A DNA stretch of 64,000 bases, taken from positions 5,930 through 69,929 of IMG/VR virus record IMGVR_UViG_3300044713_000107. The stretch is one strand, 5' to 3'. The notes beneath the pieces were generated by a model. It saw nothing but the letters and a program-made list of their open reading frames with translations, ran no database searches and had not been told where the DNA came from. Shown one piece after another: positions 54,175 to 63,253 of this stretch (its first letter is position 1; every line of letters begins with the position of its first letter). The DNA is from a virus. The translations under genes were made by a program, and so were the position numbers.

Positions 54175-54899
54175 GCCGACTCACCGCCCTGGATCGCCGG
54201 GAACTCGCGGCCGATGGCGTCGAGCTCCAGGAGCATCTGCACGTTGTCCGACGCGGCCTGTATCCGGCGCACCGTCACCAAGGCGACACCGACGAGGTAC
54301 TGCACGGCGTGCGCGTGGATCTCCCAGCGCGTGTCGGTCGGCCAGAACAGGTCCTCGTACTGCTTGCGCGGCGCGCCCGTGAGCTTGAGGATGCTCGCGG
54401 ACTTGAGGACCCGCTTCCAGGCGTGCTCGTCCATGCCGAGGCCGTGGTGTGCCCGGCCAATCGCCGCAGCGGCCTCCCACGACAGCGTCGTCGGCAGCGA
54501 CCCGTGGACGCGGTCGCCGCCGGGCAGCTCGTACCGGCCGTGCTTCCTCAGGGCCGGCAGGACGTCGTGGAAGATCCACCGCTGGAACCGTTCGACCTGA
54601 GCCCGGATCTCCTCGTTCTTGATCCGCGCTGCCTGCCGCTGACCGATCACCCGATACAGGCCCGGCTCGGAGATGAAGCGCACTTCCTGCAGGCCACCGG
54701 GGGTGGGAGCTAGTGCCCACCCTTTCTCGTCCTCTGGAATGGATCGGAGCATGTCCTTAGCCGATCCGAAAGCCAGGCCGCGCGCGATTCCCGGCGCCAG
54801 CGCGCGGAAGGAGTCACCAGCCGCGATGAGCTCGATATCGAACTCGCTGTTCGTAAAGTGCTCGATGCCCGACTGTGGGTGCATGTTGGGAGTCGCCAC
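54171..54899 (-). CDS. Bro-N domain antirepressor
   Basis: TPGGLQ..RFISEPGLY...FQRWIFHDVLPALRKHGRY. Confidence 0.88.
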   Translation of the reverse strand: MATPNMHPQSGIEHFTNSEFDIELIAAGDSFRALAPGIARGLAFGSAKDMLRSIPEDEKGWALAPTPGGLQEVRFISEPGLYRVIGQRQAARIKNEEIRAQVERFQRWIFHDVLPALRKHGRYELPGGDRVHGSLPTTLSWEAAAAIGRAHHGLGMDEHAWKRVLKSASILKLTGAPRKQYEDLFWPTDTRWEIHAHAVQYLVGVALVTVRRIQAASDNVQMLLELDAIGREFPAIQGGESA

Positions 54900-54974
54900 G
54901 GAGGGTGCTCCTTCCTCTGGTTGGTTCGGATGGATCAGGCGGGGCCGCAGGCGCAGGACGGCCCCGCGAGATGG

Positions 54975-55421
54975 CTAGAACGGGTGGGTCTCAATCCGGC
55001 CGCCAGCACCGCGCAGCGACGGCACCGTCCGCATTGCCTCCAGCACCAGCCGGTCGACACGGGTCTCGATGTCCGTCAGCCCGGCGTTGTCAGCGGCGAG
55101 CTCCAGCTCTCGGGCCCTGGCCGCCTGCTCGTCGCTGCCAGACACGTACGCGCCGGCGATGTGTCGAGCCAGGTCGCTACGCAGCGCATCCACACGGCTC
55201 GTCGCGGTTTCGGCTTTTGGAGGAGCCCACGCTGCGGGGCTTCCGCCGAGGGCGACGATCCGGGAGCGGGCCTCGTCTGCGACGTCCACGCCGCCGCGCC
55301 TGAGCTCCTCCGCGATCGACCATGCCCACGTGCGGGTCGCCAGCGGGCCATCGAGCATCGCCTCCGCCAGGTGGCCCACGACGACACGCAGCAGGACGGC
55401 AGACTCCAAGTTGGCGTTCAT
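54975..55421 (-). CDS. Hypothetical protein
   Basis: ATGA overlap. Confidence 0.6.
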   Translation of the reverse strand: MNANLESAVLLRVVVGHLAEAMLDGPLATRTWAWSIAEELRRGGVDVADEARSRIVALGGSPAAWAPPKAETATSRVDALRSDLARHIAGAYVSGSDEQAARARELELAADNAGLTDIETRVDRLVLEAMRTVPSLRGAGGRIETHPF

Positions 55422-56437
55422 GCCGCACCGCCCATCAAGAGACGCGACGTGGTGGCCTGGATCGGGCCGACACCGGCCTGGGACGGCTGCATGTCGTGCT
55501 CGTTGACGAACTCGGCGTCCACCTGCTCACGCGACAGACCAAACCGCTCACCCGCCGCGTACAGCGCAGCCAGTGCGTCCTCGTGGGACGGCTCCGCCTC
55601 GGTCTTCTTCGCAGCCCGCTTCGGCGCAGGGGCCTGCGTGATCTCGTCGATGGTCTGACGCGGCGCAGGGAACTCCTCCTCCACGCTGATCTCGCCCCGC
55701 TGGATCGACCGGAACGTGATGCTCAGCTGCGCCACGTCGTGCTCCGTCCACTTCGCCGACGGACGACCACCGAGGCGCTTCTCCAGCTGATCCGTGGTCA
55801 CCCCCAGGCCGGCGAAAGCCCGGATCGCGTCCGCGATGCGCTGCGGCAGCGGCACACCACCGCCGTCGCGGAGCGTCTGGTTGCACAGCTCCTTCGCCTT
55901 CTCGACGAACCACGGCGGGAGGATCGCGAAGATCGCCTCACGGACCCGGCGGGCACCGTTGTTCGCGTTGTTCTCGTAGATGTCCCGCATGTCCGTGAGC
56001 TTCTCCGGGCCGCCCTTCTTGTCCCTCATGTGCGGGACGATGAACGTGGAGGCGTTGCGGGTGTTCGTCTGCACGTCCCACGCGAACGCCTGCATCTCCG
56101 ACTGGGCGTAGTCGTCGTCACGGCGCATCTCCGTCAGCCCGTATTGGACGTTGCCCCAGCAGCGGGCGAGCTCGCGGGCCAGGTGCACCGAGGGGCCGGT
56201 CACGGCGCCGCCAGCGCGGGGGAAGCGGTAGAACGCCTTCTCTGCGAGACCCATCTGGCGGCAGGACATCTCCAGCTCGACCAGGGCCTGCTGGACGTTG
56301 CGGGGGCACTGCTGGGCGACGACGATCGCGGCCTGGACCTCGGCGACGGCGCGGGACTGCTCGACGGCGGTTCCCTGCCCGAGCCGGGCCGGAACGGGGG
56401 GCGCCTGCACGGTCGCGGGCGCGTACTGCTGACTCAT
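55418..56437 (-). CDS. Putative single-strand annealing recombinase
   Basis: Coupled to RecE-like gene; FYRFPR.G..VTGPSVHLARELARCWGN; family unresolved. Confidence 0.6.
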   Translation of the reverse strand: MSQQYAPATVQAPPVPARLGQGTAVEQSRAVAEVQAAIVVAQQCPRNVQQALVELEMSCRQMGLAEKAFYRFPRAGGAVTGPSVHLARELARCWGNVQYGLTEMRRDDDYAQSEMQAFAWDVQTNTRNASTFIVPHMRDKKGGPEKLTDMRDIYENNANNGARRVREAIFAILPPWFVEKAKELCNQTLRDGGGVPLPQRIADAIRAFAGLGVTTDQLEKRLGGRPSAKWTEHDVAQLSITFRSIQRGEISVEEEFPAPRQTIDEITQAPAPKRAAKKTEAEPSHEDALAALYAAGERFGLSREQVDAEFVNEHDMQPSQAGVGPIQATTSRLLMGGAA

Positions 56438-56447
56438 CGAAAGGCTC

Positions 56448-57311
56448 CTATCGGTACTCGCGCTCAACCCAGGCGGGGAGCGTGATCTCAGGCAGTCGGG
56501 GGCGGGCGTCGACCATGTAGTCCGACCACTCGCCGGAGGCGGTGCACTCGGCGTAGGCGTAGATCGCCATCTCGGCGAACCGCTTGCCGATGTCCAGGGC
56601 GACCGTGTCGAGCTCGACGATCGTGATCAGGTACGGGGCGGTCTTCTCCTGGAACACGAACCGGAACCACGGGTCGGGGTCGCACAGGCCCAGGGCCTTC
56701 ACGCCGGCCAGGTACCAGGCGGCCTGGATGTGGTAGCCGTACTTCCACACATCCCGCTGGATCGAGTCCAGGTCTGCGGCGGTGGTCGTCTTGTAGTCGA
56801 CGACCTGGTCGGGGCGCAGCCAGTCGGGGCGGCATCGCAGCGTCACACCCGTGCCGTGGTGCAGCCAGTACAGGGACTGCTCGGCGTGGCCGGTGCCCGG
56901 GGCGAACAGCGCGCCGGCGACCGGGTGGTCCCGTACGACGCGGGCCATGGCCTGGAGCTCGACGTACTGGCTCTCCAGGACGGGGACGGCACCGCGGGCG
57001 CGCGCTTCTTCCTGCGCCTCCTCGGCGGCCTTGGACCGCCAGCTGTTGAACTCGCAGACCGCGATCTCCGGGCCGTCGTCCAGGATCAGGGTGTGCGCGG
57101 CGGTGCCGAAGTCGAAGTGCGGCTTCGGCCCCTCCGGGTGGTCCATCGCGTACCGGAACTTCGCCGGGCACGACGGGGCAAGGAGCTTCCGCGCGCCCGA
57201 CGACGACAGCGTTGTGGTGTCGGCGTGGTACTCGGCGAGCGGGATGTCGGAGTACACGCCCGGCTCACGCGACGCCGCGAGAGGTATCGGTGTCTCAGCC
57301 AGCAACGTCAT
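56448..57311 (-). CDS. RecE/exonuclease VIII-like PD-(D/E)XK nuclease
   Basis: YHAD..LSSSG, FDFGTAAH, RCRPDWL, VVDYKTT, YGYHIQAAWY. Confidence 0.9.
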   Translation of the reverse strand: MTLLAETPIPLAASREPGVYSDIPLAEYHADTTTLSSSGARKLLAPSCPAKFRYAMDHPEGPKPHFDFGTAAHTLILDDGPEIAVCEFNSWRSKAAEEAQEEARARGAVPVLESQYVELQAMARVVRDHPVAGALFAPGTGHAEQSLYWLHHGTGVTLRCRPDWLRPDQVVDYKTTTAADLDSIQRDVWKYGYHIQAAWYLAGVKALGLCDPDPWFRFVFQEKTAPYLITIVELDTVALDIGKRFAEMAIYAYAECTASGEWSDYMVDARPRLPEITLPAWVEREYR

Positions 57312-57573
57312 AGCGGGGGCCGTCCGATCGGGTGTAGTAGCGGCGGCCGGGGGTCTCGTGCAGGTCCAGGACGCCCTCGGCGTGAAGACGTGCCAGGTCG
57401 TGGCGCATGGTGCGGCGCAGGATGTGCGTGAGGCGGGCGTCGTGGTGGTACAGGCGCTTCAAGCGGCCGGGCGTCCACTCGCCGCTCTGGCGGTCCACGG
57501 CGGCACGCAGGATCGCGAGGCGCTCACCAGTCCTGAGCGGCAGGGCCTTCATCGGCTGCACGGTGGTCGTCAT
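57295..57573 (-). CDS. Small winged-helix protein
   Basis: WTPGR...RRTMRHDLARLHAEGVL. Confidence 0.65.
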   Translation of the reverse strand: MTTTVQPMKALPLRTGERLAILRAAVDRQSGEWTPGRLKRLYHHDARLTHILRRTMRHDLARLHAEGVLDLHETPGRRYYTRSDGPRYDVAG

Positions 57574-57803
57574 GCCGCACCGCCAGTCGTGACCTCACGC
57601 CGCACGGTGTAGGTGCCGTTGGGGCGGATCAGGACGGTGTCGCCGAAGTACGCCACAATGTGGTCCGGGCGCCGGCCGATCCGCATCCCGACGGTGATGA
57701 TCTCGTCGCCGATCCACGTCGTGAACGGCTTCGCGAAGACGTTGAACCGGTCGAGCTCCGCGTCGATCAGCGGATAGCTCGCGGGCGTCAGCAGGCGGTT
57801 CAT
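57570..57803 (-). CDS. Small hypothetical protein
   Basis: ATGA overlaps. Confidence 0.6.
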   Translation of the reverse strand: MNRLLTPASYPLIDAELDRFNVFAKPFTTWIGDEIITVGMRIGRRPDHIVAYFGDTVLIRPNGTYTVRREVTTGGAA

Positions 57804-58168
57804 GCGGCCTCGACCGCCTCGTGGTTGTCGGTGGCGTGCTTGTCCTGGCGGGCGCACCAGGCCGAGCAGTACGCCTGACCGGCCGCGACGATCTGCGGGC
57901 AGTACACGTGAGCGCACTGGGACACGGCAGCCCAGGCGGCAGTGGCCTGACGCGTCGACCAGGTGAAGTTGTGGCCGTTCACCAGCGCGCCGTGCACGTC
58001 CGTGCCCTGCTCGGCGTGGTCCACAGCGCACACCACGAACCCCGTAACCGAGCCCGTGTGCGGCATGTTCGACGGGCACAGGACCGGCTCGGCTCGCTGC
58101 ACCGGGGCGGGGATGTCCCACAACTTGGCGTTCTCGCCCGTGTACTGGGCCAGCGACACGGCGCTCAC
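57800..58168 (-). CDS. Cys/His-rich hypothetical protein
   Basis: C..H...H, C..VYC...YCSAWC. Confidence 0.55.
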   Translation of the reverse strand: MSAVSLAQYTGENAKLWDIPAPVQRAEPVLCPSNMPHTGSVTGFVVCAVDHAEQGTDVHGALVNGHNFTWSTRQATAAWAAVSQCAHVYCPQIVAAGQAYCSAWCARQDKHATDNHEAVEAA

Positions 58169-58377
58169 GCGGCACGCGCCATGCTGTGCAGGGCGCGGAT
58201 CTCGTCCGCCGCGTCGCCGTGCAGCAGGCACGAGCCGCTGTCCGCGACCGCGTGCGCCACCACGTTCTTCGGCCCCCACGACTGGTCCATGCACAGGCGG
58301 GACACCTGGATCGACAGTTCACGGACCGTCAAACCCAGCTCGGCCGCCAGGTCGTTCACACTGATCTGCGCGCTCAT
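58165..58377 (-). CDS. Small HTH-like protein
   Basis: ISVNDLAAELGLTVRE. Confidence 0.55.
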   Translation of the reverse strand: MSAQISVNDLAAELGLTVRELSIQVSRLCMDQSWGPKNVVAHAVADSGSCLLHGDAADEIRALHSMARAA

Positions 58378-58694
58378 GCCGCCGCCCCCATCTCGGGGAG
58401 CTGGTCGCCGCGGACCACCGTGACGGGGAACTCGTGGACCGTCGCCGTCGCCGTAGCAAGGTGGTCGGTGACGTGCGCGTCCGGGCGCTGGTCTGCGTAG
58501 TCGTACAGGGCGACGATCCACGCCGACCACGCCGTCACCGAGTCGACCAGGACGATCAACACGTCCGCCCGCTCGATGATCTCCGTGGCCTGCCAGGCGG
58601 CAGGAAGCTGGTCGTCCGCCTGCAAGAGCGCCATCAGCGCCTCACTCGCGGGGGAGTGCGATCCGATCGGACCGCTACTCTGGGAAGGCGTCAT
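58374..58694 (-). CDS. Hypothetical protein
   Basis: RBS GAAGGAG. Confidence 0.6.
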   Translation of the reverse strand: MTPSQSSGPIGSHSPASEALMALLQADDQLPAAWQATEIIERADVLIVLVDSVTAWSAWIVALYDYADQRPDAHVTDHLATATATVHEFPVTVVRGDQLPEMGAAA

Positions 58695-58737
58695 CGCCTA
58701 CTCCTTCGGTTGAACCTGAAGTGGGTGGTGGTGCTGG

Positions 58738-58770
58738 GCCGTCCGGTGACGCGGGCGGCCTTCTTCTTTT
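58738..58770. terminator. GC hairpin with T tract on plus strand
   Basis: ggccgtccg..cgggcggcc followed by ttcttctttt. Confidence 0.5.
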
Positions 58771-58776
58771 CCGCTG

Positions 58777-58980
58777 CTATGCGGCGGCGGGGCCGGCGTG
58801 CTGCTCGATGAGCAGGGCGTCTTCGGCGCGGCGCTGGATGATGCGGGCTTCGATCGCTTCAACGGTCTTGTCCGGGTGGCCCGGATACCAGGCGGCCTCG
58901 GCGGCTTCGCGGGCGGGGAGGGATTCGCGGGCTTCGATGGCGCGGATGTAGGCGCGGGCGAAGTCGTCTATGGCGCTCAT
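58777..58980 (-). CDS. Small hypothetical protein
   Basis: ATGA overlap with cro-like gene. Confidence 0.65.
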   Translation of the reverse strand: MSAIDDFARAYIRAIEARESLPAREAAEAAWYPGHPDKTVEAIEARIIQRRAEDALLIEQHAGPAAA

Positions 58981-59225
58981 GCGGCGACCGGCTCGGGCTC
59001 GGCGTTGTCGTCCTCGTTGAGGATGAGTCCGTCGACGGTGAGGCCGTAGGGACGGCCAAGAGCTCGGAAAGTCGCGACCTTGGGTTCGTTGGTGGCGTCG
59101 GGTCGGGCGAGTCGGGAGATGGTGGCCGGGGAGACGCCGGTTCGGGCGGAGATCATGGTGTCGGTGGTGTCTCCGTGAGCCTTTGCTGCTGCCCGGAGTC
59201 GCTCGACGTTGAGGCGGGTGGTCAT
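58977..59225 (-). CDS. Cro-like XRE HTH protein
   Basis: RBS AGGAGG; ISARTGVSPATISRL; divergent from CI-like gene. Confidence 0.8.
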   Translation of the reverse strand: MTTRLNVERLRAAAKAHGDTTDTMISARTGVSPATISRLARPDATNEPKVATFRALGRPYGLTVDGLILNEDDNAEPEPVAA

Positions 59226-59239
59226 GTTCACCTCCTGTT

Positions 59240-59318
59240 TTACGTCTGCGGAAGAGCTTCCGTTGGCGAAAACAGTAGGCGGATGGCGACGCGTGCGCAA
59301 GCTCTTACGCAGACGTAA
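59240..59318. promoter_or_regulatory. Operator pair of immunity region
   Basis: 20-bp inverted repeat (59240-59259 / 59299-59318, one mismatch); core TTACG-N4-CGTAA. Confidence 0.75.
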
Positions 59319-59479
59319 GAGTAAAGCTATGGCAAACCGCTTGGCGTGAACATGAGCCCAAATGTGGCGTCTGAGTGAAGGTGTGGCTTACCCTCTGACC
59401 ACTGCCCTTTCGTGCATGAAAGAGTTGCCGCAGACGCAACAAAGCCCGCTAGCCTGCCAACATGGGAAGCGATGTCGAC

Positions 59480-59911
59480 ATGACGCCATCAGAGGAGTTC
59501 GCTGCCTGGCTCGAACCCGCCATGCGCCGCGCGGGCTACGACCTCGACCGGCTCAGCGGCGGACGCACAGCCTTCGCCGAAGCAGTCGGCGTCTCAGGAG
59601 CCACCGTCACACGCTGGCTCTCCGGCAAGTCCATGCCAGACCCCGACAAGTTCGAATCGATCGCGACGGCCCTCAAGGTCAACCCGATCGACATGCTGCA
59701 CGGAATTGGCGTTCTTTCAGCCAAACCGGCTGCAACAAGCCGTGAAACAGCAGTACGATCGCGTCCCATCACCCCCTCAGAAGCCGCCGACGCGCTAGGC
59801 ATTGACGACCCATACGACCGTCAGATGTTCACTGCGATGGTCAAACAACTCGCCAAACGCCCCAAGCTCACCGCCGCGCCCGACCAGGGGAGTTCTGCAG
59901 CCGAGGGATAG
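59480..59911 (+). CDS. CI-like XRE repressor
   Basis: AFAEAVGVSGATVTRWLSGKSMPD...IATAL. Confidence 0.9.
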   Translation: MTPSEEFAAWLEPAMRRAGYDLDRLSGGRTAFAEAVGVSGATVTRWLSGKSMPDPDKFESIATALKVNPIDMLHGIGVLSAKPAATSRETAVRSRPITPSEAADALGIDDPYDRQMFTAMVKQLAKRPKLTAAPDQGSSAAEG

Positions 59912-59923
59912 CGGGGGCACGCC

Positions 59924-60451
59924 GTGAAAACAGCCTGGAGACTGGCCTACATCACCACCATCACGGCCGCCCTCGCCGGGCTCGGAGCCATCGCCTACTG
60001 CGTCGCCCACAACCGCCCCACCCTCGCCATCGGCAGCCTCGCGGCCTTCCTCGTCGCCGTCATCGCCTTCCGCATGGTCTGGGAGATCGACGTCCTCCAC
60101 CGCCGCCGCGTGCGCCTCGCCGCCCAGGAGCGAGGCTTCGAAGCCGACCGCGGAGTGTTCGAGCAGGACAAGGAACGCGCGATGCGTGACCTCTCGGACC
60201 GGGAACGGGCCATGCGCGACCAGGCCACGATCGAGCGCAAGAACCTGCGCCGCGAAATCGAGGCTGAGCGCGACCGGCTGGAGACCGACCTCGCCAACAA
60301 GAAGGCCCTCATCGAGCGCAAGGCGGTCCAACTCGCCTTCCAGATGGCCGAGAACGGCATAGCAGACGAGCAACGACCCGCCGATGTGATCGTGCTGCCC
60401 GTCGGCCAGAACGCACCCACCATCATGGGAACCGGCACCACGCACCCATAG
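59924..60451 (+). CDS. Membrane protein with coiled coil (lysogen-expressed candidate)
   Basis: Two N-terminal TM helices; between repressor and integrase. Confidence 0.7.
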   Translation: MKTAWRLAYITTITAALAGLGAIAYCVAHNRPTLAIGSLAAFLVAVIAFRMVWEIDVLHRRRVRLAAQERGFEADRGVFEQDKERAMRDLSDRERAMRDQATIERKNLRREIEAERDRLETDLANKKALIERKAVQLAFQMAENGIADEQRPADVIVLPVGQNAPTIMGTGTTHP

Positions 60452-60471
60452 CCCGCACCCTCGGGGGGACC

Positions 60472-62052
60472 ATGCTGACCCAGACTCGCCAGAACCTGCA
60501 GCCCGTCGAGCTGATCCCCGCCCTCGGATACATCCGCGTCAGCGCATGGTTCGAAGAGAAGATCAGCGACGAGATCCAGAAGGCCTCCATCGAAGACGGC
60601 GCCCGCCGCCGAGGACGCCGCATCGTCGCCTGGATCACCGACCTCGACGCCACCGGCCGCAACTTCAAACGCAAGATCATGGAAGCGATCGGCGCAGTCG
60701 AAACCGGCGAAGCCGAAGGCGCCCGCGAGATCTGGGTGTGGAAATACTCCCGCTTCGGCCGCAACCGCCACGGCGTCGCCGTCAACCTCGCCCGCGTCGA
60801 ACAAGCCGGCGGCCACCTCATCTCCTCCACCGAGGAAGTCGATGCCACCACCGCCACAGGCCGCTTCACCCGCGGCATGCTGTTCGAACTCGCCGCGTTC
60901 GAGAGTGATCGCATCGGCGAGCAGTGGCGCGAAACCCACGAATACCGGCGCGTCCACGGCCTGCCCGCTACCGGCGGCGAACGCTTCGGCTACCTGTGGC
61001 ACCGCCGCGAGATGGACAACGGCATCCTCACCGTCCCCGAGAACTACGAGCCGAACCCGGACTCGGCAGAAGCCGTCAAACAGATCTACGAGGACTACGC
61101 CCACCACGACGCGTCGTTCCGCGACCTGGCCGACACCCTCAACGACGCCCGGATCCTCAACCCCGGAGCCATCACCGCCGACAGATGGAAGCGGCAGACA
61201 CTGCGCTACTACCTCGACTCCGGCTTCGCCGCAGGCCTGCTCCATGTCCACCGCGGTGACAAGAACTGCCCGGCAAGTCAACGGTGCCCGCACGTCGTGG
61301 AGCACTACGGCTACATCCCAGGCGCGCAACCGCCCATCATCTCGGACGACCTATGGGCGGCATACCGGGAACGCCGAGGCCAGCGCAAGGAGCTCCCGCC
61401 CCGGTCCCGTATCCCCCGCTACCCGTTCTCTGGTCTTGCTAAGTGCGGGCTGTGCGGGGGTGCCGCAGTTGCCGCGAACGGTTCAGGTGGCCGGCGCGGC
61501 TACATGTACCGCTGCTCGGTCAAGTACACCGAGCCCGAGCTCGGCCGGTGCCGTGGGGCGGTTGTGCCGTCGAAGTGGGTTGAGGCTGAGGTGCTGCGGT
61601 GGCTGGGGAAGGCTGCGGTCGAGATCGACCGGAGGCTGCAGGGGACGGTGCTGACGCCGAAGAAGGCCGAGCCGCGCGTTGACTCGCGGAAGCGGGAGCG
61701 GCTGGCCGCCGAGGTGACGAAGATTCAGCAGGGCCTCGACCGGGCGTCGACGGCTTACGCGATGGGTGACATGCCGCGTGACAGCTACCTGCGGGTCCGT
61801 GATGAGCTCACGGCGAAGCGGGAGCAACTCGACTCGCAGCTCGGCGGCTTGCGGGCCGAGGAACGCGAGGAGTCGAAGACTACGTGGGAAATGCGGGGTG
61901 CCGTGGTCCGCAGTCTCCTGGAGGAGTGGGACACGCTTTCGGTGTCCGGCAAGCGGGATTTGCTGTCGAGGGCTGTGACGGAGATCAGGGTGTTTCCGAC
62001 CGGGATGGAGCCCCGTGTGGTGTGCGTTCCCCGGGAAGGCTTTGTGTTTTAG
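60472..62052 (+). CDS. Large serine recombinase (phage integrase)
   Basis: YIRVS catalytic motif, SRFGRN, LAAFESDRI, recombinase domain, zinc ribbon CGLCG...YRC...C, coiled coil. Confidence 0.95.
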   Translation: MLTQTRQNLQPVELIPALGYIRVSAWFEEKISDEIQKASIEDGARRRGRRIVAWITDLDATGRNFKRKIMEAIGAVETGEAEGAREIWVWKYSRFGRNRHGVAVNLARVEQAGGHLISSTEEVDATTATGRFTRGMLFELAAFESDRIGEQWRETHEYRRVHGLPATGGERFGYLWHRREMDNGILTVPENYEPNPDSAEAVKQIYEDYAHHDASFRDLADTLNDARILNPGAITADRWKRQTLRYYLDSGFAAGLLHVHRGDKNCPASQRCPHVVEHYGYIPGAQPPIISDDLWAAYRERRGQRKELPPRSRIPRYPFSGLAKCGLCGGAAVAANGSGGRRGYMYRCSVKYTEPELGRCRGAVVPSKWVEAEVLRWLGKAAVEIDRRLQGTVLTPKKAEPRVDSRKRERLAAEVTKIQQGLDRASTAYAMGDMPRDSYLRVRDELTAKREQLDSQLGGLRAEEREESKTTWEMRGAVVRSLLEEWDTLSVSGKRDLLSRAVTEIRVFPTGMEPRVVCVPREGFVF

Positions 62053-62081
62053 GCATCATGACGGACAAGGTCGTGCCTAAA
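62048..62081. other. Candidate att junction
   Basis: Imperfect IR tttaggca (62048-62055) / tgcctaaa (62074-62081) overlapping the integrase stop. Confidence 0.35.
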
Positions 62082-62501
62082 GCATGCCTGATGGGCCGTC
62101 GGGAGCCTCGCCGCACCGCTTGCTGAGCTCGGCGCAGAGGCCGAGCAGGTCCTTGGCGGTGGTGCGGAGTCGGGCGAATTGGTGGGCGCGCTCGGCGTCG
62201 TCGAGTCGGTTGATGTCGGTGTGCTCGGCTGCGGTGAGGTTTCGGTGGGCGGTGATCCAGCGCAGGCCTTCGGAGGGGGAGAGGCCGGGCGGAGGGGATG
62301 GATCGTGGTCGTTCACTGTTCCTCGCGAGGGTGGAGCGGAAGCACGTTGTGCGATTGGCATATGACGCTTAGGCATAGTGCCCGATAAGTTGTGGCTTAG
62401 CACTAGCTGTTCGAACGTTTGACCTACTCTTTGCTCCTTGATCCAGTTTCATGACAGATCTGACAGTGACAAGATGATCATGGTGCCGCGAGCGTTCAAG
62501 G

Positions 62502-62759
62502 GTGCCAACCCCGCCCGAGCCCTGGATCATCAACCAGCGAATCCAGATTGGCAGCCGGCTCCGCGCCCTGCGAGAGTGGCGCAACCTCTCCCAAGAAGAC
62601 CTCGGCCTTGCAGCAGGCCTGTCCGCGTACTCCGTCTACCGCGCAGAACACGGCGTCACGAGCCTCAACCTTGACCACCTGATGCGGTACGCGCGCGTCC
62701 TCAAAGTGCCCCTGGTGTGGTTTTTCACCGACAACTCAGAACTTCCCGGCGACGACTGA
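62502..62759 (+). CDS. XRE-family HTH protein
   Basis: IGSRLRALREWRNLSQEDL...SVYRAEHG. Confidence 0.85.
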   Translation: MPTPPEPWIINQRIQIGSRLRALREWRNLSQEDLGLAAGLSAYSVYRAEHGVTSLNLDHLMRYARVLKVPLVWFFTDNSELPGDD

Positions 62760-62873
62760 TCCAGCACCACCAAGCCGCCTGGGTGAACCGTCGGGAAACG
62801 CTGGCCAAGAGGTTGCTGTGAGCCGTGGTGAACCGCGACGCGCACGGCGCGCGGCATCAGCCGCACGCCCCAG

Positions 62874-63104
62874 TCAACGGGCCGTCAGCCGGTTCCGGTC
62901 CGCGGTGTGGCAGGTGCAGTCGCAGCCGTGAACCCGGCCGCTGACCTTGTACACACCGACCGGGCACACGTGGGTGTCGCCTGTGCTGCCGCCCTTGCAC
63001 TCACCGAACAGGTACCGGTCCGGCGCCTGCCACGTGCGGACGCCCGGCTCCGGGAACGTGAACGGCTCCCGGCACTCGGGGTATGGCGGCCGTGGGGCGG
63101 TCAC
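62874..63104 (-). CDS. Small Cys-rich protein
   Basis: GTGA overlap; CDCTCH. Confidence 0.5.
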   Translation of the reverse strand: MTAPRPPYPECREPFTFPEPGVRTWQAPDRYLFGECKGGSTGDTHVCPVGVYKVSGRVHGCDCTCHTADRNRLTAR

Positions 63105-63253
63105 CGGCCACCGTCCTCGCGCTTGGCGACCTCGGCGGCGCGCTGGTAGTCCTCGAAGCGGAGCGGACGCCCCTCCGAGTCGGTGAGGGGTCGGCCGTTC
63201 TCCATGACCAGGTAGCCGCCGGAACGGGGGTCGTGCTCCACAGTCCGGCTCAC
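63101..63253 (-). CDS. Small hypothetical protein (50 aa)
   Basis: Manual translation VSRTVEHDPRSGGYLVMENG...; overlaps both neighbours. Confidence 0.5.
   Translation of the reverse strand: MSRTVEHDPRSGGYLVMENGRPLTDSEGRPLRFEDYQRAAEVAKREDGGR

Larger units (their letters stand above)
1..62052. mobile_element. Temperate prophage with embedded conjugative (TraB) and second replication module
   Basis: Portal and terminase, CI/Cro, RecE, rep, serine integrase, plus traB operon; left end outside window. Confidence 0.88.

Noticed and set aside
52719-54713. 664-aa plus-strand ORF
   Set aside because: Antisense to the exonuclease and Bro-N genes; no domain signal.
62077-62403. 108-aa minus-strand ORF after the integrase
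   Set aside because: No clear RBS or motif and it abuts the candidate att; a shorter real gene cannot be excluded.
62399-62426. GTTCGAAC as a LexA box
   Set aside because: Only one good half-site in either register.
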